Origin: Candidatus Syntropharchaeum caldarium
Lineage (GTDB): Archaea; Halobacteriota; Syntropharchaeia; Syntropharchaeales; Syntropharchaeaceae
Assembly (NCBI GenBank): GCA_001766815.1
Contig: LYOS01000002.1
Span: 30,001-62,000 of the forward strand
Direction of reading: 5' to 3'
DNA length: 32,000 nt
Part shown: positions 13,688-21,184 of the stretch, in pieces
How positions within the stretch are numbered: position 1 is the first letter of the stretch
How the letters are laid out: every line of letters starts with the position of its first letter
The notes under the pieces: generated by a model
What the model saw: only the letters and a program-made list of their open reading frames with translations
What the model was told of the DNA's origin: nothing
Databases searched by the model: none
Made by a program: the position numbers and the translations under genes

Positions 13688-15724
13688 ATGCTGTATGATA
13701 TCATCATCTGGTATCTTTTTTTCCTTTTAGCAGGGCTGATCGCGCTCCCGTTTGTTAAAGATATTGGGTATGCATCTTCAAAGGCTGTTGCCATTCTTGT
13801 TACAACTTATCTCACATTTATAACAGGTTATCTGTATTGCTATGATCTCATAACCGTTGTTACCTCTTTTCTTCTCCTTGCGACGATTGCTGCAGGATAT
13901 ATGATATATCGCAAGGATTTTAAGATTCAGTGGAAGGTTTTTATCGAGTTTGAACTGGTGTTTGCGGTCGCTTTTTTCATTTTCGCGCTGGTGCGTGCAT
14001 TCTCCCCTGAGATCTACTTCACAGGTGGTGAGAAGCTTGGTGAGCTCGGATTTTTGAATGCGATCCTGAGATCGGGATCCTTCCCACCGTACGATCCCTA
14101 CTTTGGCGGTGAGCCGATGCAGTACTACTATTTTGGGCATCTGATCGTTGCAAACATCATAAAACTCACGGGTATAAGCCCTGAAGTAGGATTTAACCTT
14201 GCAACAGCCTCTCTTTTTGCCCTGAGTGTTCAGATTGCATACGGTCTCGGATTCAGGCTGAATATTCGTCGCGCATACGCTATGATAACCGTAGTCTTTC
14301 TTCTGATACTTGGAAATCTATCAGGTATCATCCAGTTTCTGCTTCAACATGCATCAGACCCATCTTCTGCCATCTACTTCAACTACTGGTATGCATCGCG
14401 GATAATCCCGGATACGATCAATGAATTCCCGTACTTCAGCTTTCTGCATGGTGATCTGCACCCCCACATGATCGCGATACCGTTTAAAATTATGCTCCTG
14501 ACCCTCTTTCTACAACTTCTTTCTGAAAAAAAAGATAATACAGCTTTCGTAATTGCAGCTGGATTCTTCACAGGTTTTTTAGCACCACTTAACACCTGGG
14601 ATTATCCTGTATTTTTATTGTTGCTTCTTATAATCCTATGGACTGGACGATACGGTCTTGATAAGATTGCTCTTTCGATATCAGCTGCCATAATCCCCTA
14701 TCTACCGTTTCTCCTCTCAACCACAGGACGCGGAATCGGTTTTGTCACAGAACGAACAGAGCTTATCAACTTCTTTGTAATACATGGTTTATTTCTTTTC
14801 ATACTCTTCTCATACCTCTTATTGAGGCTTGAGAGAAAATATCAGAACTATCTCATCATTATGATCCTTATTCTGCTTCCGATATCTTATCTCATACAGT
14901 TCCAGACACTATTTCTGCTACTGCCGCTCATCATCCTGCCGCTGTGGCTTCGATTCTGGGATGGTGGAGCAGATCACGCCTTTATAGATATTCTCATTCT
15001 TGTCGGGGCTCTTATCGCGCTTGGTTGCGAACTCTTCTACGTCGATGATGCTTTCACTGGAAAAATTGAGCGCCTGAACACGGTATTCAAGCTCTACCTG
15101 AATGTATGGATCTTCTGGGCAATTGCATCTGCTTATGCACTCAGAAATATCCTCATGCAACCTGGAAGACATGGTATGATGAGACGTATCTGGACGATCA
15201 CACTTACGATACTTCTGATCTCAGCCTCGATCTATCCTGTTTTTGCAACATCGGGGAGATCTCATGCATTTGGGGTTAAACCAACGCTTGATGGCTTAGC
15301 ATGGGCAAGAGATGAGTTTACATCTGATATGGATGCTCTTGATTGGATAAATAAGAACATAGATGGACATCCAGTATTTCTAACCGTGCCTGCACAGGAC
15401 TACAGGTGGGATTCGAGGGTTGCATCTGTAACAGGAGTTCCCATCATAATTGGATGGATGGGAGAGGAGATAATGTGGAGAGGGGATCGCGAAGAAGTTA
15501 ACAGGAGATTGAAGGATGTATCAAAGGTGCTATCTTCAGATAAAATCGATTCTGAGGTGATAGCGATCCTTGAAGATTACAATGTAAGTTATATCTACAT
15601 AGGGGAGATTGAAAGGACGAAGTTTCCTGAGGGTGTTCTGAAGTTTGATGGCTGGAGTGGGTGCGAGGCTGTCTTTAAGAATGAGGGGGTTACAATCTTT
15701 GAGCTTCTGGATGAAAACGCTTAA
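13688..15724 (+). CDS. DUF2298 'Chlor_Arch_YYY' polytopic membrane protein (GT-C-like fold family)
   Basis: More than 12 hydrophobic spans, the family-name motif PMQYYYFGHLI, the EFPYFSFLHGDLHPHM motif, and a soluble C-terminal domain. The ATG immediately follows the TAG of the CitG-like gene. Confidence 0.85.
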   Translation: MLYDIIIWYLFFLLAGLIALPFVKDIGYASSKAVAILVTTYLTFITGYLYCYDLITVVTSFLLLATIAAGYMIYRKDFKIQWKVFIEFELVFAVAFFIFALVRAFSPEIYFTGGEKLGELGFLNAILRSGSFPPYDPYFGGEPMQYYYFGHLIVANIIKLTGISPEVGFNLATASLFALSVQIAYGLGFRLNIRRAYAMITVVFLLILGNLSGIIQFLLQHASDPSSAIYFNYWYASRIIPDTINEFPYFSFLHGDLHPHMIAIPFKIMLLTLFLQLLSEKKDNTAFVIAAGFFTGFLAPLNTWDYPVFLLLLLIILWTGRYGLDKIALSISAAIIPYLPFLLSTTGRGIGFVTERTELINFFVIHGLFLFILFSYLLLRLERKYQNYLIIMILILLPISYLIQFQTLFLLLPLIILPLWLRFWDGGADHAFIDILILVGALIALGCELFYVDDAFTGKIERLNTVFKLYLNVWIFWAIASAYALRNILMQPGRHGMMRRIWTITLTILLISASIYPVFATSGRSHAFGVKPTLDGLAWARDEFTSDMDALDWINKNIDGHPVFLTVPAQDYRWDSRVASVTGVPIIIGWMGEEIMWRGDREEVNRRLKDVSKVLSSDKIDSEVIAILEDYNVSYIYIGEIERTKFPEGVLKFDGWSGCEAVFKNEGVTIFELLDENA

Positions 15725-15766
15725 TATATATACTGCTGCTTTAATTTAATATCTGGAGGATCGTCC

Positions 15767-16639
15767 TTGAATCCATGTGAATGGGAAGAGAAGCAGCTAA
15801 TCGAGAATCGACTGAATCGCATTCTTGATGAGATCGATGACTGGCCCCACAACAGGGAAATCATGCAGTATATAATTCGTTCAGGTGGTAAACGAACCCG
15901 TTCAATCATCGTTCTCCTCACATGCGAGCTTACTGGTGGCGATGCACGTGATGCGGTCGATGCCGCGGTCGCGGTTGAGTTCTCGCATATCGCATCACTC
16001 ATTCATGATGACATCCTCGATGCAGGCAAGATGCGGCATGGAATCCCAACGATTTACGAGAAGTACGGGCTCGATCAGGCGATATTGATCGGTGATTTTC
16101 TTATATCAAACTCAATCTTTCTTGGATCAACGTATGACGAGGCTGTGATAAAGGATCTTGCTCTGGCTACGATGAACATGGCAGAAGGAGAGATCCTCGA
16201 TACAGCAAGCAGAACCGATCCATATTTTGACGAGGATAAATACTATGACCTGATAGAAAAAAAGACAGCCTCACTCTTCTCAGCTGCTGCCTCTATCGGT
16301 GGCAGAATCGGGGGTGCATCAGAGAAGGAGGTTTTAATGCTTAAGGAGATTGGCACAAAGGCAGGAATCGCATACCAGATCCTTGATGACCTTCTTGAAT
16401 TTTTAAACCTTGAGATAGACAAACACTCAAGCGATGCATCCGTTACACTACCCCTAATTCTAAACAAAACGATGGAAGAGGAAGAAGTTAAATTTGAATG
16501 TATCGAGCGGATCAGGTCGCTTGTTGGTGGCTGCATGGATCTTATAAACGCGTTTCCAGAATCACCTGCTCGCAAACGCCTGATTCAGGTGATTGAGTAC
16601 ATGACCCTCGAACAGCTCAAAGATGAATGCTATCTCTGA
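15767..16639 (+). CDS. Polyprenyl (trans-isoprenyl) diphosphate synthase, chain length not determinable
   Basis: First Asp-rich motif SLIHDDILD and second Asp-rich motif YQILDDLLEF. TTG start at 15767 preceded by GGAGGA (15754-15759). Confidence 0.85.
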   Translation: MNPCEWEEKQLIENRLNRILDEIDDWPHNREIMQYIIRSGGKRTRSIIVLLTCELTGGDARDAVDAAVAVEFSHIASLIHDDILDAGKMRHGIPTIYEKYGLDQAILIGDFLISNSIFLGSTYDEAVIKDLALATMNMAEGEILDTASRTDPYFDEDKYYDLIEKKTASLFSAAASIGGRIGGASEKEVLMLKEIGTKAGIAYQILDDLLEFLNLEIDKHSSDASVTLPLILNKTMEEEEVKFECIERIRSLVGGCMDLINAFPESPARKRLIQVIEYMTLEQLKDECYL

Positions 16640-17255
16640 TCTTATCAACCGTCTTCCATGAGTGCCTGATGACGCGCAACATAGACTCGTCCTGACGCTT
16701 CAGTGCTTCAGCCACAAACGCGCGGCTTTCAGGATCCGCGGGGTATCCACTCCCGATCGTGCATCCAAGCTCTTCTTCGAGTTTCATCATCAGGTTATCT
16801 CTTGTGACCTTTGCAACAATCGATGCCGCAGATACGATCAGATATTTTACATCAGCGTTGTGCTCTGATGTGATCTTTGCAGGAGAAGCGAGAAGCTTTT
16901 TGAGATTCAGTCCAAAACGCTGGGCATTTACGTCTGCAGCATCAACATATACTTCATCGGGCATGATCCTGTTGATCACCTGTGCATGTGCTTTTAAAAC
17001 GATCTCATTCATCGTCATAACTTTTCTCAGTTCATCGATCATCTGAGCACCAACCTCAAGCACGTGCCATGATGTGATCTCTTTGATCTCAACGGCAAGC
17101 GCTTCACGCTTCTTCTTTGAGATCTTCTTTGAATCTTTAATACCAAGCGTTTCAAGATTGTGGAGATCTGCTTTTTCGAGTGCAACACACGCAACACACA
17201 TCGGTCCAACAACAGGTCCCTTTCCTGCCTCATCAACGCCCGCAACAACTACCAT
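16617..17255 (-). CDS. rnhB: Ribonuclease HII
   Basis: VAGVDEAGKGPVVGPM (catalytic DEAG), DSKK and ASIVAK motifs. ATG at 17255 (TTG at 17258 is possible). The 3' end overlaps the convergent polyprenyl synthase by 23 nt. Confidence 0.9.
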   Translation of the reverse strand: MVVVAGVDEAGKGPVVGPMCVACVALEKADLHNLETLGIKDSKKISKKKREALAVEIKEITSWHVLEVGAQMIDELRKVMTMNEIVLKAHAQVINRIMPDEVYVDAADVNAQRFGLNLKKLLASPAKITSEHNADVKYLIVSAASIVAKVTRDNLMMKLEEELGCTIGSGYPADPESRAFVAEALKRQDESMLRVIRHSWKTVDKIRDSIHL

Positions 17256-17297
17256 CAATCAGAAACTACTTATCTTACCACGACTATTAAAGTTATC

Positions 17298-18335
17298 ATG
17301 CAGGAGAAATCTAACCATGATCGTATCTTTTATATTATTTGCGGGATTGTCCTGCTTCTTGCATTTCTACTTTTACTGAGGGCTGTCTCCCCGCTCTTTG
17401 ATGGGATTATCCTGGGAGTCGTCTTTGCCTATGTTGCAAGACCGATAAAGAGAAAGCTTACGGTTCTTGGCGAGGTGCTTTCATCAGCGATCGCAACACT
17501 GTGTATCATCATCCCGATCGTATTAATCGTTATACTGGGGATTAGTGAGGCGATACGGCAACTTATCTGGCTAAGTTCGAAGCAGGAAGAGATCCTGAGT
17601 AAAACGTTGGGACTTCTGGGTTCAGATTTAGTTCCAGCGGATATCACAAATATGATCCATCAACGGCTACCAGAGATCCTGGATTACGTCACACCCATCC
17701 TTCACTCGATAATATCCATCGAGACGACGATAAACATGGGTATCCTCCTCCTTAATGTCTTTGTACTCATCGTTGTTGCCTACTACCTCCTTGCAGATGG
17801 TTCAAAGATCGTCACCGCCATCCTCAAGCTTGTACCTCTCGGAAAAGAGGATGTGGCATTGCAATACATACGTGAGGTCGATGATATAATTGCAGGGATA
17901 TATGTTGGAAACTTCTTTGTCGCACTCCTGATCGGTCTTTTATCTGTTCCTTTCCTCTTTGCCTTCAAAGTGCCGATGGTTGCGCTGATTGCAAGCCTCG
18001 TATTTCTTGCGGCTCTGGTACCACTTCTTGCAAAGTGGATGATCTGGGTTCCAATCTCAATCTATCTCTTCTACACATCCGGGATATATCCTGCAATCGC
18101 TTTCTTCATTCTGGTTCTGATTTTCATCGACGTCGCACCTGAGTTTTTTATACGACCAAAGCTCATAGGCTTGACGTCAAAGATACACCCGCTCCTGCTG
18201 CTTCTTGCTTTCATCGGTGGCGGCATTACAGGTGGTATCGCAGGATTCTTTGGGGCGCCTGTACTTGTTGGAATCCTCGTAGGATCGTATAACGTCTATA
18301 CCATGAGTGAGAAAGAGGAAGAAACGGAGGTATGA
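17298..18335 (+). CDS. AI-2E family transporter (PerM/UPF0118) membrane protein
   Basis: Polytopic, with family-typical segments (AYVARPIKRKL..., FIRPKLIG, GGITGGIAGFFGAPV). The start is at ATG 17298. The track start at 17160 is antisense to rnhB. Confidence 0.85.
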   Translation: MQEKSNHDRIFYIICGIVLLLAFLLLLRAVSPLFDGIILGVVFAYVARPIKRKLTVLGEVLSSAIATLCIIIPIVLIVILGISEAIRQLIWLSSKQEEILSKTLGLLGSDLVPADITNMIHQRLPEILDYVTPILHSIISIETTINMGILLLNVFVLIVVAYYLLADGSKIVTAILKLVPLGKEDVALQYIREVDDIIAGIYVGNFFVALLIGLLSVPFLFAFKVPMVALIASLVFLAALVPLLAKWMIWVPISIYLFYTSGIYPAIAFFILVLIFIDVAPEFFIRPKLIGLTSKIHPLLLLLAFIGGGITGGIAGFFGAPVLVGILVGSYNVYTMSEKEEETEV

Positions 18336-18338
18336 CCA

Positions 18339-19265
18339 ATGGGCTCCAGACACTTCGAAGGCGGACTTACTGGACTCGCTATCGGTGACGCACTCGGAAT
18401 GCAGGTTGAAGGTTTAAGCTCCTATGAGTTTATCAGTGATTATGGTGATGCAAGGGTTGATTCTGTGAATTACCCGCTCAAAGCAGGCCAGTACACCGAT
18501 GATACGCTTCAGATGCTCATCCTCACCGATTCAATCCTTGAGGCAGGTGGGTTTGATATTTCATCCTTCACAGCAGCACTTAAATCATGGGGCAGGGAGA
18601 TCATGAATGATCTGACCCTATCCCGTGGGATTGGACCAACCAGTATCGATGCGATCCAGAAACTACTCGATGGTGTACACTGGGAAAAATCAGGGGGCAT
18701 GAATCCAACGTGTGGTTCTGCAATGAGGGTTGCACCGATAGGACTGCTTTATTCTCATGATCTTGATCTGACAGCCGAAATGGCGGCAAAATCGAGTATT
18801 CCAACACACAGAAGTGATGAATCAATTGCAGGAGCTGTTGCAGTGGCTGTTATTATTGCAGGGGTAGCTTCAGGGATTGATATATTAAATGCAGCAAAAA
18901 AAGCAGTAGATTATGCAGAAGCATACTCAAAAAAGTTTTCTGATAAGATTCGGCTTGCAATCTCGCTCAGAGACGATCCACCAGAGATGGTGTTTAAGAC
19001 AATCGGGACGTCGATTCTCGCCATCGAGAGTGTTCCAGCCGCGATATTTGCTGCACTTCATGGGAGAAACTTCGAGGATGCGCTGCTCATTGCGGTTAAT
19101 CATGGCGGTGATACCGATTCAATCGGGGCAATGACAGGTGCGATCAGAGGTACGATGCATGGTCTTGATGGCATACCACAGAGATGGCTCGATGGACTTG
19201 AGGATTGTGCCAGGATCACCAGCTATGCAAAAAGATTATATGCCTTGCATGAAATGATCTTCTGA
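18339..19265 (+). CDS. ADP-ribosylglycohydrolase-family protein
   Basis: GLAIGDALG, YTDDT and GGDTDSIGAMTGAIRG motifs, which are the dinuclear metal ligands of the ARH family. Confidence 0.85.
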   Translation: MGSRHFEGGLTGLAIGDALGMQVEGLSSYEFISDYGDARVDSVNYPLKAGQYTDDTLQMLILTDSILEAGGFDISSFTAALKSWGREIMNDLTLSRGIGPTSIDAIQKLLDGVHWEKSGGMNPTCGSAMRVAPIGLLYSHDLDLTAEMAAKSSIPTHRSDESIAGAVAVAVIIAGVASGIDILNAAKKAVDYAEAYSKKFSDKIRLAISLRDDPPEMVFKTIGTSILAIESVPAAIFAALHGRNFEDALLIAVNHGGDTDSIGAMTGAIRGTMHGLDGIPQRWLDGLEDCARITSYAKRLYALHEMIF

Positions 19266-19777
19266 TGAGTACGCCAGAAGAACACAGGAAAGGAGCGAGA
19301 GAGCGGTTTGACCTATCTCTGATCACGATATCAACTTCCAAGTACTTTGATCGTGAGCGTGATGACCTGTCAGGTAAACTTGCAAGAGCGATACTCGAGA
19401 AAGCTGGGCACACGGTTTCATCAATGATTATTCTGCCTGATCAGAAAGATATGATCAGACGTGAGCTGCTCCGACTTATATTATCTGATACAGATGCAAT
19501 CATAACAAGCGGAGGCACAGGACTTACCCCCGATGATCTCACGATCGAGACGATCGCACCACTCTTCAAGAAAGAGATCACTGGTTTTGGTGAGCTATTC
19601 AGGAGATTGAGCTATGAGCAAATCGGTACAGCCTCAATGCTTTCGCGTGCTGCTGCTGGTGTGATCGAAGGGAAGCTGATCATCTGCCTGCCTGGCTCAC
19701 CAGATGCGGTAAAACTCGCGCTCGAAGAGATAATCGTGCCAGAGCTTCCTCACCTGATGCGCCACATATCAGGGTAG
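19265..19777 (+). CDS. moaB: Molybdenum cofactor biosynthesis protein B (MoaB/MogA family)
   Basis: ITSGGTGLTPDD and GLPGSP (CLPGSPDA) motifs. TGATG overlap with the upstream gene. Confidence 0.85.
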   Translation: MSTPEEHRKGARERFDLSLITISTSKYFDRERDDLSGKLARAILEKAGHTVSSMIILPDQKDMIRRELLRLILSDTDAIITSGGTGLTPDDLTIETIAPLFKKEITGFGELFRRLSYEQIGTASMLSRAAAGVIEGKLIICLPGSPDAVKLALEEIIVPELPHLMRHISG

Positions 19778-19823
19778 ATAACAATACTTATTTAAAACAG
19801 CGTGGATAATCACCTGTGATTCA

Positions 19824-21065
19824 ATGAGATATACGATACTGATTCTCGCTATCCAGCTTGCACTTCTAATAATTGCCCCAACCGCGGCAGGTGCCACAAC
19901 ACCAGTTACTGACTCTTCTGTCACAGTTGCAAACTATACCCTCGATCCACCGATCTTTATATCTGGTGATAAAGGCACACTCACGGTTACTATCATCAAC
20001 AGGGATACGACATCATCCGAGACAACGACCACATCAACCACGACAACAACCGGCACCACATCAACAACATCCACCTCTCTGATCAAGACAAAGATCGATG
20101 ACGTCCGCCTTTATAGCAGAAATATCGAGTCGGTTGGAGAAGATGGAAAACGAGTGATATATGACAACCCTGGTGCACTTTCACCCGGGGAGAGTATGAC
20201 ACTGACATTCCCGCTTGAGGCAGATGTCGAGGATGGCACGTACTTCCCTGAACTCAGGATCACAGTTGAGGATGGAATAAATACTCGCTATCCAATCCCG
20301 ATAACAGTTGATAGCTCACCCGTTGAGATCATCCCGATCGACATTCCAGGAGAGATCCCGGTCAAAGGATCGCAGTTGATCCAGCTTGCAGTTGCAAACA
20401 CAAGACAGAACAGTGTAGAAAGCGTCAGAATCACTCCCAGATCCAGTATCTTTAAATTTGCACCTGAGAGCATCTTCATCGGCAGGATGGCTCAGAATGA
20501 AGAGGTTAACGCCAACTTCACACTCACTCCACTTATTGATGGTGCAGGCGTAGATACGATCACGTTTCGGCTCGATTACAGAAACGGAGACAACACCCAT
20601 GTATCTACACTCGAAAAACGTGTCGAGGTCGTTGAGAGGGAGGATCTGAGAGTTATTGTTGTCTCATATCCTCAATCGATACCTGTGGGTGGTACTGGAA
20701 GAGTCGAACTGGATATCGCAAACGGCAGATCGAGCGATCTTTCAAGCGTACGTGTGGTGCCGATTACAGATGGGTTCACACTCTCACCGAAAGAGGTTTT
20801 TATAGGTGATATGGAGCAGGATGATGTTTTTTCCGCTGAGTTTGACCTGCGCCCGGTCTCAGGACCAGGTACGTTTGAAGAGGTCTCATTCAGGGCAATA
20901 TATCGAGATCTTGGTAATGACAAACTCTATGAGACAGAACCGATCACACTCACAATTGAGATTGGCGAAGAAGAGAAGGAATCGCCTGCCCTCTCTCCAA
21001 TTGCGCTTCTTATCGGGTTTGTTATCGCAGTTCGCCTTATTTCCCGTACTCGTCAACATTCTTGA
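19824..21065 (+). CDS. Secreted, membrane-anchored cell-surface protein with three CARDB/COG1361-like beta-sandwich repeats
   Basis: N-terminal signal peptide (MRYTILILAIQLALLIIAPTAAGA), a Thr/Ser-rich tract (aa 61-85) and a C-terminal TM helix with a basic tail (IALLIGFVIAVRLISRTRQHS). Internal repeats align: SVESVRITPRSSIFKFAPESIFIGRMAQNEEVNANFTLTP against LSSVRVVPITDGFTLSPKEVFIGDMEQDDVFSAEFDLRP. Confidence 0.75.
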   Translation: MRYTILILAIQLALLIIAPTAAGATTPVTDSSVTVANYTLDPPIFISGDKGTLTVTIINRDTTSSETTTTSTTTTTGTTSTTSTSLIKTKIDDVRLYSRNIESVGEDGKRVIYDNPGALSPGESMTLTFPLEADVEDGTYFPELRITVEDGINTRYPIPITVDSSPVEIIPIDIPGEIPVKGSQLIQLAVANTRQNSVESVRITPRSSIFKFAPESIFIGRMAQNEEVNANFTLTPLIDGAGVDTITFRLDYRNGDNTHVSTLEKRVEVVEREDLRVIVVSYPQSIPVGGTGRVELDIANGRSSDLSSVRVVPITDGFTLSPKEVFIGDMEQDDVFSAEFDLRPVSGPGTFEEVSFRAIYRDLGNDKLYETEPITLTIEIGEEEKESPALSPIALLIGFVIAVRLISRTRQHS

Positions 21066-21132
21066 AGAGCAGAATTCAAGCCAACCTGATCTGCACCATT
21101 GATCACGGTGCAAATCCGCCGATCGGGATAGA

Positions 21133-21140
21133 TTTTATAA
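21133..21140 (+). promoter_or_regulatory. TATA-box-like element (TTTTATAA) upstream of the permease gene
   Basis: ttttataa lies about 45 nt upstream of ATG 21185. An AGGTGAT Shine-Dalgarno-like sequence sits at 21168-21174 (11 nt before the ATG), consistent with a short 5' UTR. Confidence 0.35.
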
Positions 21141-21184
21141 TACAGCCCGATCAAGTGTTAATGAAAAAGGTGATTTGATCGAGT

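Noticed and set aside
13685-13690. The CitG-like ORF and the DUF2298 ORF are in the same reading frame, separated only by a TAG. This could be pyrrolysine or stop-codon read-through producing a fusion protein in a Methanosarcinales-like host.
   Set aside because: TAG terminates 6 of the ~35 genes I called in this window (stops at 4673, 10400, 10923, 13687, 19777 and 30986), so TAG is not depleted as it would be in a Pyl-decoding genome. An ATG follows immediately, and sharing a frame has a 1-in-3 chance. It is worth revisiting only if pylTSBCD genes are found elsewhere in the genome.
17160-17297. The 5' extension of the AI-2E transporter ORF (track start 17160), and the 101-aa ORF at 17074..17379.
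   Set aside because: Both are antisense to the N-terminus of rnhB and have no transporter-like sequence. The first TM helix follows ATG 17298.
19808-19821. A perfect palindrome, AATCAC-CT-GTGATT, immediately upstream of the surface-protein ATG.
   Set aside because: A 6+6 palindrome with a fixed spacer is expected several times by chance in 32 kb (about 1 per 4 kb). It also simply contains an SD-like GTGAT, and I saw no second copy.
21092-21112. A hairpin, tgcacc-N9-ggtgca, 27 nt after the surface-protein stop, considered as a possible terminator.
   Set aside because: It has only a 6-bp stem and no following oligo-T run, which is the usual archaeal termination signal. The evidence is insufficient.
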